Origin: Acanthaster planci
Taxonomy: Eukaryota
NCBI RefSeq assembly: GCF_001949145.1
Contig: NW_019091355.1
Location: 2,193,107 to 2,257,106, forward strand
Reading direction: 5' to 3'
Length of the DNA stretch: 64,000 nucleotides
Shown here: piece by piece, positions 11,501 through 23,500 of the stretch
Layout: each line of letters starts with the position of its first letter
Numbering within the stretch: the first letter of the stretch is position 1
Notes under the pieces: model-generated
Told to the model about the DNA's origin: nothing
Database searches by the model: none
Seen by the model: the letters and a program-made list of their open reading frames with translations, nothing else
Program-made: the position numbers and the translations under genes

Positions 11501-14500
11501 CATTGAGAGCGAGCGGATTACCATTGGGGACAAAAGCGCTCCACCACCGCAGCGATGAGCCACACAGCACCTCTGCATGCTAATCTGGCCCCTATTGAAA
11601 AGAGGTCAGCAGTGCACTTAGCCAGGTTCTTGAACAAAAGACAGTTATACAACACAGCACAGTCTGGGCTCTGTTTACAAGGCTGCTGGCCTGGCTGAAA
11701 TACTCAGGCGTCAATGAAGGTCACCTGTCAACTTAGAGTAGTGCCTAAAGATTACTTGGTGCGGCTATAAACGACCGTTAAATGAAATGAGGAATTTTTG
11801 AAGGATTTTGAAAACAGAAAAAATGATAGTCATGCCGGCCCAGCATCATCAACATTGAAAAATGCCCCGGCACGAAGTGGTTAATACCAAAGCTTCTTCA
11901 CGGTCTTCACCAGCCTCGATTAATGACGGACTTTGAAATAACGATTAACAAGTATGAAAAGCTAGTAACGATTAGCAAATTACTCTGTGACTTTGAGCAG
12001 CATAATTACCCAACAGCATAATTTTACCGAAGTAATGTCATGAGTAATCTACTTCTGTAATGTGATGAATTTAGAGCTGCGCGAAAGTTTTTACAAAACG
12101 TTATCACTCAACGATGGGCCTGTTCAAAGCTTGCCTGTACCTTGAAGCATACCTTAAAAACCTGGCTGCCCGTGACATGTCACCAATGGCACAGGCTCCA
12201 TTGGCCTTGACCAGAATGTTGCGGCTGTGGATGTCGCGGTGCGCAATGGCCGGCTTCCCCTGCATGCCGCAGATCTCAGAGTGGAGGTGGGCCAGGCCGT
12301 TGGCCGCCGAGTGGGCCAACCGGAGCATTGCCTTCGTGTCCAGGATGTTGTAGCGCAGGTAGTTGAAGAGTGCGCCGTGCTCGTGGTACTCGGTTATCAA
12401 GAAGAGTTGGGTCCAGGAACCTGACCCTCTGATATCGGCCGCGATGAAACCTGACCAAGACGAACAAAGGGGGGCAGTCTTTATAAAACAGAACTTATGT
12501 AGAAAGAAAAAAAAATCAAAGTCACCAATGCTAAGGTATCACAACTTCACATTTTTTCTATGGAGGTAACCCGACGCATGGATTTGGAAAGCCACACCAC
12601 GTGGGAAACGCTTGTTCAATTTGAACTTTTAAACAGTCTTAAGCTCGTTGGACATCTAATCAGCTTCAACGAGGAGCAGTAGATAGGAACCTGTGACCCA
12701 ATCACAAGAATAGTTCAGTGTGCGTTCTGGGTGCTGTGTGGAAAGTGGGGGGAGGTAAATCAGCAGTTTTCATCTGAATGTGCACAACCTGGAGGAAACA
12801 GACAACTGGGGTAAAATGGCTTGCTCAAGGATACCAGAATGGCTGTATTCACACCCAGGCTGGGCAGATTCCCCAGCCACCTACCCAAAATGTTTTCGTG
12901 CCTCATGAGCACTGTCTGATAAATCTCTGTCTCCCTGAACCAGCTGGACTCCTCTTCCGTAAGGTAGATCTTGACTGCCACATGCTCCCCTCGCCACTTG
13001 GCCTTCCACACCTCGCCGAAGCGCCCCTGTCCGACGCAGCGTATTAACTGCACCTGCTTGGCTATGGTGCGCTGGACCTGACACCACAGAAAACAAAAAC
13101 AAAACTGAGGAGGTCGATTGCTTCAAGCTCACACTGTATACTTCCCCGTCTTCAGTTTAAGCAGTTTCAGACTTCAGTCAATACACAAAAGAAGCCTGAA
13201 TTTCTGGTTACAGAATAATAAAGACTAGTTTGTAAGTGGCGGTTGAATGTGTAATTTGTTTTGGACGATAGGTTATAATGAAACACTGGGAAAACTGTCT
13301 AAGTTGCTGAACAGGACTTTGGGTAAGATGTTATAATAAAGAATGATAAACACCGACAGTTAATCGTATGCTATTGACCTTCACGATATGTGACAGTTTT
13401 AAGCTCACACGTGCCATCCCAGAGAAATTTGAGGAGCTTATCGCTGACTGACTCTCAAAGCGTTTCTTTTCCATTCCCTTTAGGAACACAATGCATGGTC
13501 AGACAGTCTAGTGGTACTGCTACATGACCATGTAAGACTTCATTCCAACAGGTCATGCAGTCTAGAGAACCCTTTAGCCTATAGTGGCAATATTTGGCTT
13601 GAAAAGCCCTGCTCAGCAGGGTAATACGAGGGAGGGCGGCTTATCTCGGCTCGCCGCCTGCACTGTTTTCCCTTCCCTTTCTTAATCTGACACTTCCTTC
13701 TTCTGCCTTGTCTTGGCATGTTCGTCTGCCCGTCAATGTGCCGAAAAGTGCAGGGACTTCAGTTCTCGCACGACCTTGGATTTGGGGAAGGAGAGGGGAG
13801 GTCAACTGTGAGTCGGACTGTCAGTATTACTTACGAGCAGTGGAAGCCCAGAGCCGCTGCCGGATTCTGAGGCCCGGTTCAGAAGCTCACTGAGTGTGTC
13901 GCCGTTGGTGAGGTAGGGCTCATTTTGCCGTGTTCGGCTCACCTCCACGTCATATCTTCTCCTAGCTTCTCTCTTTTTTAATCTTTAATCAACCAGTAAT
14001 TATGAATTAGTTTAAGTAAGGGGAAGAATTAAATATTCTAAGCACTCATCTAAATTTATGTATATCCAAAATTTCAAGAGCAGCAAAATACCCAGGCGGA
14101 GAAAGAAGTTGATGGTAACAGGTCACGTTGGGTTGAGCAGTGACAACAATAACTACTGGCGGCTGTGGCTAGGAATAATACACAGGTCAATGGAAGCCAA
14201 TGGCCAAGCTTCTGTAGCCATTTTCCATAGATAAGTGTGTTACTGTGAGCCGCAGCCAAGTAATTCGGACAAAAGGACACATGAGATGGACTTGTAGCTC
14301 GACAGATAATGACTGCCTGCCGGGGGGGGGAGAATAATTCCATTTCAATGCCCAAAAGGTCACCACGCCTCACCTGACATAGAGGAAGGTACTTGTTAGA
14401 ATGAATAGGACTGCGCAGACTGTTACTGAGATGAGAAGTACAATTTGATGAGCTGTGTCGTACTCGTACTGATCCAGAGTCTCAACTGCATCGGGGAGAG

Positions 14501-17500
14501 AAAGAAATCGAGGGAACAAATTGACCGTTAACTCACTAGACACACCAGTTCCTTAAGGAGGCCAGTCAGGGTTCGTGTCCAGAGCTTGAACATGCATATT
14601 CAAGGCCAGAGAAACCTGAAAATTCAGGTAAATATGCATCAAGTTAAGGGTTTTTTGCCTAAAAAATTAGCAACCCCTCTACTGCAGTCATCATGCCTTT
14701 GTTTTCCAACAATATGGGCCATCCTCTAGTACTTTCATGACAAATGCAATTTTTCTCATGGAGTTGACTGGAAAGAAAATCTGCAGGGTTACACTGATAA
14801 GATTCGAAACCTGGACCTCAACTGCCGGGAGTGCCTGATGCCCTTGCTGCTGGCTGGGGACAGCTCTCTAATTCAAATTCACTCAATAAGAGTTCAAATC
14901 ACAAATATCAAATTAAAAAATCAACTTCAACATCAAATTGCGAATATCTGCCAGAAACAAACTCCACCAAATGTTATTGCTGTATTTTTTAGAGGGAAGT
15001 TAGGCAGGGCTTCGTGCAAAGACTTTTATCTTGTTGAGCCCTGGGTTACACAGCCCTCAAACTGATCCAGGAAATTTGCCACATAAGCAACGAGTCTTTG
15101 GAAAACAGGAATAATCCGTGATGCTATGGCCACTTTTTTTAAAAGGTCATCCCGTGTGCACAAAAAAGGGTAGCAGCGATGTTAATCGCAAATGAAGTAT
15201 TATCCCCAATAACAGGTGTCGAGGAAACTCCCGTGTCAAACAGCCAAAACAGGAATGTGACCAAAACTTAAGCAGCGGGGTGAACTCCGGGTGAGAAATT
15301 CATCGTGCCTGTTTGAACCCCGTTCTTTGTCCCGTGGTGTGATTTATCATACCACGGATGGTGGGGACCAAGTAATAACTCAATTTCTTGGGGAGGGTAC
15401 GGGCAGGGTCGTGAGAATCAATTGTTCGAGCCACAAGGTGGCTTGTGAAAGTTCATCCTGGGTTCTTCAATGTGTCACTGTTGTGTTCTTCCATCCTCCG
15501 GGCAAAAGTCTGTGACACACTACTTGATGAGGCCGGGCACCTAACAAACTTTTTTTGTGGTCAAACTTGAGATTAACCTTGCAAGCAAATGTGTGAAAGA
15601 AAATTGAAAAGAGATTGTACAAATTGTCTAGTAATTTCCTCAGACCACTAATACATGTACTAGACCATGCAACTACTTCAAAGTCTATGAGTGGATAAAC
15701 CCAACACGCACTGCAAAGTGAGAAATTTAAATGCCAGTGAGGAATTTGCTATGAAGTTACATGTACAACGTGAACATGTGAAGGCATACATGTGCATTTA
15801 TGCCCAGGCATTGTGTGCCTTTGAAAATGTTTGCCCCGTGGGCAGACAAACATAAGTAGTCTTATTTCACCCACCTGTAAATGTTTGTGAGAGAGAAAAA
15901 TTATGGATTGTAAATTACTATAGAGTTACATGCCCTGTGTAGCATTTGGCAGATGTGGGTTATTTTGCCCCATTACTGGCACTACATGGACAAAGTCTCT
16001 TCAGGCAGATAGCAAGCTTCATTTACAATGCAGGAAAACAGATCTGTCTCACGAATTCAGTCAACTTGTCATGGTAACCTGAATACACTTCCTTTTTTTT
16101 CTCTGTCCTCAAACCCACTGATTCCCCCTCCTCTGATGGATGGCTGGAGTCGGTGGTCCAGTCTGACCTAATCACCCAAAGACAGGTGGCTAATCCGGGG
16201 CACCAGACTGCTTGGAATCAAGAAACACTGACAGGCTACCAGCCAGTCAGGGCAAAATGAAAAAAGCAATCGACAGTGGTGAGTGCTCACAATATCGCCA
16301 TGAACTTCAATTGGCATTTGAAAACGAGAACAGACTTTTCATACTGTCCCCTGAACAACCAGACATGAGCATGTACACCCAGTAAGTACACAGATGTATA
16401 CTGATACATGTACATGGGTAATTTCAGAAATTAGGCGTCCAAAAGTGTGACATTTTCGTGTCCCTGTTACATCTGACCTTTGTTATTTGACATGAAAATA
16501 TCGCCGGAATTATTTTCAAACTATTACTATTTGTTTGGCAGGTAATGTATATCAATTCATCACTCTTGGAAAACAAAAAATGTGTTCTGAACTTACAAAA
16601 TCATATGTCAGATGTGGCAGGGACATGAAAAAATGGACCCCTAATTTCTGGAATTACCCATATGTACACGTACACGCATCTGCCAAACAGGTTGGCTTTG
16701 TACTGTTGACTGTCTAGCTAAACTGTGTTTTGAGACTGATTCGAGTTGAATACACTCTAAAGATTTCATGACTGTGAGCATTTCTGCAGACGTGCTGGGT
16801 AAGACACAGCAGAAAATGTTTTGAACTCAAAATGTTTCTGCAGATCTGAAAAGCTTCTGAATTTAACAAAGGAGGGTCCCGAGTCCTATGTTGATTGGTA
16901 CATGATATCGCATATTGCTCAGTCCCAATAGAAGTTATATTTCACTTCCTTATTTACATTCCATGTAAAACACGTTTTGTGCATACATTTCAAATCAAAA
17001 TATACATTACTAAAGTAAGTTTTATGTAAAACTTAAAATGCTTGAGTTTTAAACTTAAATTTCAAAAAGTGACATAAAATCCGACAATCCAGTGCATTTT
17101 ACATAAATGCCAATAAAGTGAAATCCAAGACTTCTGTTGTGTTTTTTTCCTCAGTGAAATAACGGAGGATTACAGAGGACAAGAAAATGTAGGGGGTTGT
17201 TAGAATCCCCTGATACCCCAACCACATAGGCCTACATGTACAGTACATAGATGTCCTTCATTGCTACAAAATTTAAATGAACAAGTTTTCCTCAGATGAC
17301 CAACATTCTGTGGCCGGCGATACGCCGGATACACTGTCTAGCACTCTTTACTATGAGGTGGAGTTTTCGTTTGCGACTATGAAGTTAGCAAGGTCAGTTC
17401 TGATCATGTTCCCAGCATGACTGACATACACATACAAACATGTGTACATCCTGTCTGTCCTTGCGCATGAATGATCTCACACTGACAATGTTCATCCATG

Positions 17501-20500
17501 CCGGGTATGTCAGATGAGTGCTTCTAATGAGCATGGAGTTTTCTGGGGATCAGCAGATTACCTTCTCATTTCCGTTGGGATGTGTAAATAACAAGTCCGC
17601 TGTTGTACGGGCTCCGCACTTACACAAGGAAGGAGATCTTTCAACACTGATATTCACACGTGTCTGGCACGGAACAAGCTGGGGCAATTTCTGCAAGTTT
17701 GCGGCACATTCCTGCAAAATGAGTCTCCACGCTCCAGGCTATTTTTTTTTTCCTCCCAGTAAAATTTTGTTTGAGCTTGTACATGAAGGACCAAACTGAG
17801 CTACGTATTCATTTTGCTGTTCAACCCAGTTTGGCATGCTGCACTGTGAAACATGCAGAGGTAAATGAATTTAAACTCAAACGTGGCTCTGGCGACGTGC
17901 GTCTGATTTTATGCACCGTAAAGTCAGGTCCCATTTTGTTTGTAAATGACAAAAACGTGTACAAGAGGGTCAAACTTCCAGGCTAGAGTAGCTAACTAAA
18001 TGGCTTAATAACATGCAATTTAAACAACTGTATAGGTGTACGTGCCTTGCACGGTTGCACACATTCAGACTTTTCGACGCATGTCCTTGCACTTTTACGC
18101 TACCCCATCTGTTTTCCCAGTTACATGGAACGCAATCAAAAGATAATCAAACGCAGAAGCCCGGGACCATGTTTTGGATTTGTCTTGACTTTGCTCAGGC
18201 GACATTCTTGCGAGGATGGCCAAAACATCTGTCCCATCCAGCCCGGCATGAGTATCCTTTCACTCATTCCCCCCCCCCTCTTTTTTTTTTTTTTTCAATT
18301 TGCCAAGCGCAATATTTATTATCTTAACAAATGCTTTTATTACTTGAGTGTAGTAAACCTTGCAACCCCATGGCCCATTTCAAGCAAACTTGGGGGGAGG
18401 GTCTACCTACCATCAACCGGGGATAACCCCCCTAGCTTCCCCTCATTACCAAACACCAAAGCCAGCGTCTCCTTTTATCAAATTATTTCTCCACAAATAT
18501 TACATTACTCGTTCACCCCCCCAGCTTCCAGTCTTACAAACCAGCAGTATTTTTTTTTTCGATGCAAAACCCAAAGGGGCTTTTCTTCTCAATTTTCACT
18601 GGTGACCCGAGGAGGTCGGGCGCCTGCTCTGAAAAGGGGGGGGGGCATGCCCAGGCCGGGTACCAGGGAGACGAGGGCCAGACTGGAATCTAAAGACTGG
18701 CACCACTGGGGTCAGGGGTCCGGTCTCACTAGGCCAGTTTTAGATGGTGACTCCATTTGACTTGTGCGAGAAAGAGAAACTGTGTGCTGGTGATGGGGCC
18801 CCTCTCCCTTTATTGGATTGACTCCCCTGGCGCATTCCACAATCTCTCTTGCTGGCTCTTGATTTTTTTTTTTATGGGCCGGCGGATATTTTTTATGGAC
18901 TGGGGTCTGTTTACTGAGAAATAAAACTGAGGCTTTTCAGTGTCAGTGCCAAGAAATAAACCTGGCATTGAATAGGAACACAGAGCAACTCCTGTAGCAG
19001 TGACGCTGTTTATGATCCCTGTTTTGTCAGAAACATAGGTTTTTATTGACTGATTTTTCACCCAAGTTTGAAATTAATGAGCCCTAACATCACAAAGTGG
19101 TTTTTGTCTGGACTTCAGAAAAACCTGTGACTATGCATCAGTCAATGGCACATGTACACACAATAGTGGGCGACCCTGCTAAATAAATGTACAGGAAGTG
19201 GGGGAAAAAAATGAAATACAAAACCCAGGGTTTGATTTCACTGAGGTGGCAAACACTGAAACCTAGGCACAGAGCCTGTAAGTTGAAAAAAAAAAAGGTA
19301 AAAGCAAATTTTCCCATGCAAGGTATGCTTAGAGATTCAGTTTGCTAAGCCATCATTTAACGGCAGTTACAATAGGCCAACATGTAAGTGCGGGTACCGG
19401 TACATTTGGGACATATACAGTACAAGGACTGCACACATATACATGTACATGTATGTTTATGACATGTATATGGAATGAAACCCTTGGACTTTTTTGTATT
19501 TTCCCTGATCACAAATGGACTCATGTAAATGTACAGTGTAGCATAGTCTTAACATAAAATCACTAATACCAGACGAAACGGATCAAAAGCTGTAGTCGGA
19601 TGATTACACACTCCAGGGCAGTATCACACAAGTCATCCATTTAATGCACTTCAATGAGGTATCATGCACCATCCCGCCATTTTTTTGATGTGCATTTTTT
19701 TTGACGTGCAAAAACATACGCTGTCTCTACAAAGGACAAAAACAGAAGTATGACGGAGAAATGAGACGGCAAAACTCGAACCTAATGCATGCCCATAACC
19801 AGGTTCAATTTTCTTTTTGTTCATCCAGTCCTGGGTTCAGTCCAGCACCGACGACGGGGGCATTGGAGATGGCTGCTAGAAACGGTGGGGGAGGGGATAG
19901 GAAGGAGAAGGCAACACTGTCAGACTGGCAAATTTCCGATTCACGTTTATACCTGGAACATGTGTCGTCGTTGTGGGTTGAAGCGTGGGGCTGAGGTCCA
20001 CGTTACACATGGGCCTGTCGTTGCAGCACAGCATGATGCGGGGAATGGTGTGCTTCTTGGCCTTGCAAAGGAACTGACCGCCATCATCGATAGGCGGTAG
20101 ACAACCGTGTGACCTGCAGAAGCAACAACAGAAAAAAACAAGAAAGAAGTATAAGGCTCCTTGCAAACTACTTTGGATGCTGGCCTCTAAGGATGGGAAT
20201 TTATGTTTAAATGTGTAAACGTCCCACCTGAAATATCAAGGTGTCAATGAAAACTTTACATGTAAATACAAAAAACTGTGCACAATGTAAATACATGTAC
20301 ATGTAGCTGACACAAAGTTTGGGTGATAAATTCATGGTATTTGATATGACCGAGCAGTAGAGTGTTCTGAAAATCGGATTACAGTTTACAGGCATCGTTT
20401 ATGATAAAAATGAATGCCAGATTGCGTCAATCCAAACGGCAAACCTCTAAAAGGGGCAGTTCTATTTAAACGTTTGGGAAAATCTGTAAATGGATTAGGA

Positions 20501-23500
20501 ACTTTTTCCGTTTAAATGTGTAAACATCCCACCCACACTGGCCTCACTTTGGGACAGTTTAATCTGAGACTTACAAAACACAACGGTTTCTGTAACGCTG
20601 ACTTTATATAGAGCTAAAAAATACTGAGTGTGCAGTTCCTGCAGTACTTTTTAGCATAAAGGGCCAAACAAAAGAATAGTTGTGCTTCCTATTACATTAA
20701 GAAAAAAAGTTAGGTTGGGTACATTTAGGTGAGTGGTGTTTTTTTATTCAAAAATTTTTGGTAAAAAAGCTAGGGTGGGAAATTAGTATTTAGTACTGTT
20801 TGGTGTCCTGTTTGGTGACATGTAAATTTTGACCTGGCCGTTGTGTTACGTCGGTAGAAAAATTGGCACTTACGCAAGGAAGAAAAACTAGGAAAATCCG
20901 GCCTGTCAATGGCCAAAAAGTGGAAAATGAAATTCAGCATACTCAACAAACAAGCTTGGTTTCACACCCCTGAAATAAGCATGAGGGTCGGCAACAGTGT
21001 TTTTTAATTTTCAGTTCTTTTCCTATCAAAGGATTTAGGGTTGGCGCGCTTTGCTAGGTTGGGGAGGGTAACGGGAAGCACAACTATTATTTTGTTGGGC
21101 CTGATACGTACTTCAGCTAAAATAATGTATATTCTGCCGTCCTCCTTTCCAAAATCCAGACCTAGGCAGAAAAAATCTTTGTTTTGCAACTGCACTGCAG
21201 ATGGTATACATATTGGATATTTACATGTAGGTACACATGAAGCCACTTTCCATTTGTTGACCTGTGCTGCCTGCAACACTTACGGTTCGTGTAACCAAGA
21301 CTTTGAGCCCAGTGTGAGCAGCGTCGCGCTGCCAGGAATTACATAGCAAAACCGGACATCTGTCCACAGCATGAGCTAACACTCAACAGGCACGCCAGGC
21401 ATGCACTGCATCTACACATGTATTTCTGAAATCTGACGTTTTAATCCTCTTGTGGTATGAGACCCAGTGAGCAAAGCTAAACACTAAGGAGAACCAGCCA
21501 CAACTGAGTTGCTAGGTTAAGGCTTGGCATACTACAAGCTCTAATGGAACTTGGAAGGCCCAGGTCTGGTTGCAATCATTTCCCACATGGGCTGCCTGAA
21601 TCCTACCAAATCCACAATTGTAAAGGAAACCAGAAAATGGTTCAACAATATACGTATACATGTACTTCAAACTTTGAAAAGGAATCAAGCCCCATGTTAA
21701 GTATTCCCGGCTGGGGCTCTAGCTTCCTTCAATCCATTTTGGAGGATTTGGGACAGTCAGGGTTAAATTAAAGAAAGCCACTACATGTCAAGGTGCTTGA
21801 GGCCTCTTGGAGGAACTGCAGTCCTATGGAAAAGAAATGGCCTTTATGCATTAAAATGCTGACAGGCCTCTCAAACTAACATGAGCTACGGTAAGCTGCT
21901 GTATGGAATGTCTCAAACACACCAAGATGAAATACAAAAGGCTCACGCCAAATCCAAATAAAGCCTCCGAAATGCATTTCACACATCTTCATATCTCCCT
22001 TCTCAGCTCCGCAGGGATGAAAGCTTAAAAATTCAACAACAACCCAAAAAAAAAGGGAAAGAAGCACATTTGCACTCATTCAGAAAGTTGAAATGAGATC
22101 ACATCCCCCAACCACATTTGGGGAGAGACGATGATAGAATCTGTCGAGCGAACTGCCGCAGACGGAGCGAGGCTCAGGATGTGTGCCTCGAGGTGCTGTC
22201 TGACTCACCCCCCTCCTCCTATGAGTAAGGGATTAACGGTGTCGGTTTGGGAGAACTACTCGCCTACTGAAAAAGGAAGGGGGAAGGGGGGTGGTTGTAA
22301 TTGTGCTAAATAATTCATCTACTGGTTGATTGCTGACGCTCAGATCCCAGTGATAAGACATTTACTTGATTCGAGTGGTGTCACGAACACTCTTCATAAA
22401 GTGCAGGCTCATTGATCGAATCTAGCCTAATGGAAAAAAGGGCAAACAGTGTGGTATTAATTCCAACCAATGTTTACAGCACTCCAGCTCCACATACGCT
22501 CGTCATTCATTGGTAAGACCTTACACGTAGGAGTGTTTTGGACAACAAGACTGGACAAAAATAAACCCATGACACTGAAGCGTGCACGAATGCATCCATG
22601 TCCGTGTACAAATGTAATAGGAGATGAGAAACTAGCAGTCACAGCTGCTCATGAATATTATTAGCACATGGGTCATTCTATAAATTAGGGGTCCAACTGT
22701 TTTCATGTCCCTGTCACATCTGACATATGATATTTTAAGATCAGAACACATTCCCTACAACTACCGGAACTGACGAATTAATGCGAATTACCTGCCAAAC
22801 AAATACATACTGAAATCAATTTCAGTGATATTTCCATGTCAAATTGCATAGGTCAGGTGTAACAGGGGAACAAAAATGGCACATTTTTGGACCCCCCAAT
22901 TTATAGATTGACCCACATTCTCACGGTCGGACATCCAGGAACTTCTATACATTATTGAATAGCACAAAGGGTAAATTTGCCCCTTTGCCGTGTGTTTTAA
23001 GTCAGTGGTGACGTCATGCCGACCGTGAGAATGTACATATAAATACATTGCTATGTACCAGGTTCCATACACTCTTCATTGCTTGTGTTTGGTATATAAC
23101 CTCATTGATACATATGTGTACATTTACATGTACGTGCAGCATAATGCACAATGTTAAATACAGCAAGACTGGTTGAAAGAGCTCTCCTCTGGCTCCTATA
23201 TCCTCTCCCCTCGCCCACTCCATAAACCATTTAGAGATTGAACCTGAAATTGGCTGGGCTAGGATTATTGCTAGAGGAGGTGAAGGTGTTAAATTCTATT
23301 ACGCCGCGACTTATTTTGTCCTTTTTTGGGGAGGGGTTCTTCTTGCCAATTGGGGGCCGTTGCTCATCTCCCCGGGCCTCCCCCCCCCCGGGCTGAAAGC
23401 GAGGATGAGGAGGATCAAGTGAGCTCACAAAATGCAGATGGACACATTTAATAACACAAAATTCTGGTTACTCTTAAGGTTTTTATCCCATCGCCCCGGT

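Noticed and set aside
17889..17906. ggcgacgtgcgtctg as a Smad1/5-Smad4 (GRCGNC-N5-GTCT) feedback element
   Set aside because: The spacer is 4 nt rather than 5, and such short motifs occur by chance.
18047..18760. 237-aa + strand ORF
   Set aside because: No recognisable domain, non-ATG start, runs through homopolymers, and lies antisense within a BMPR1 intron.
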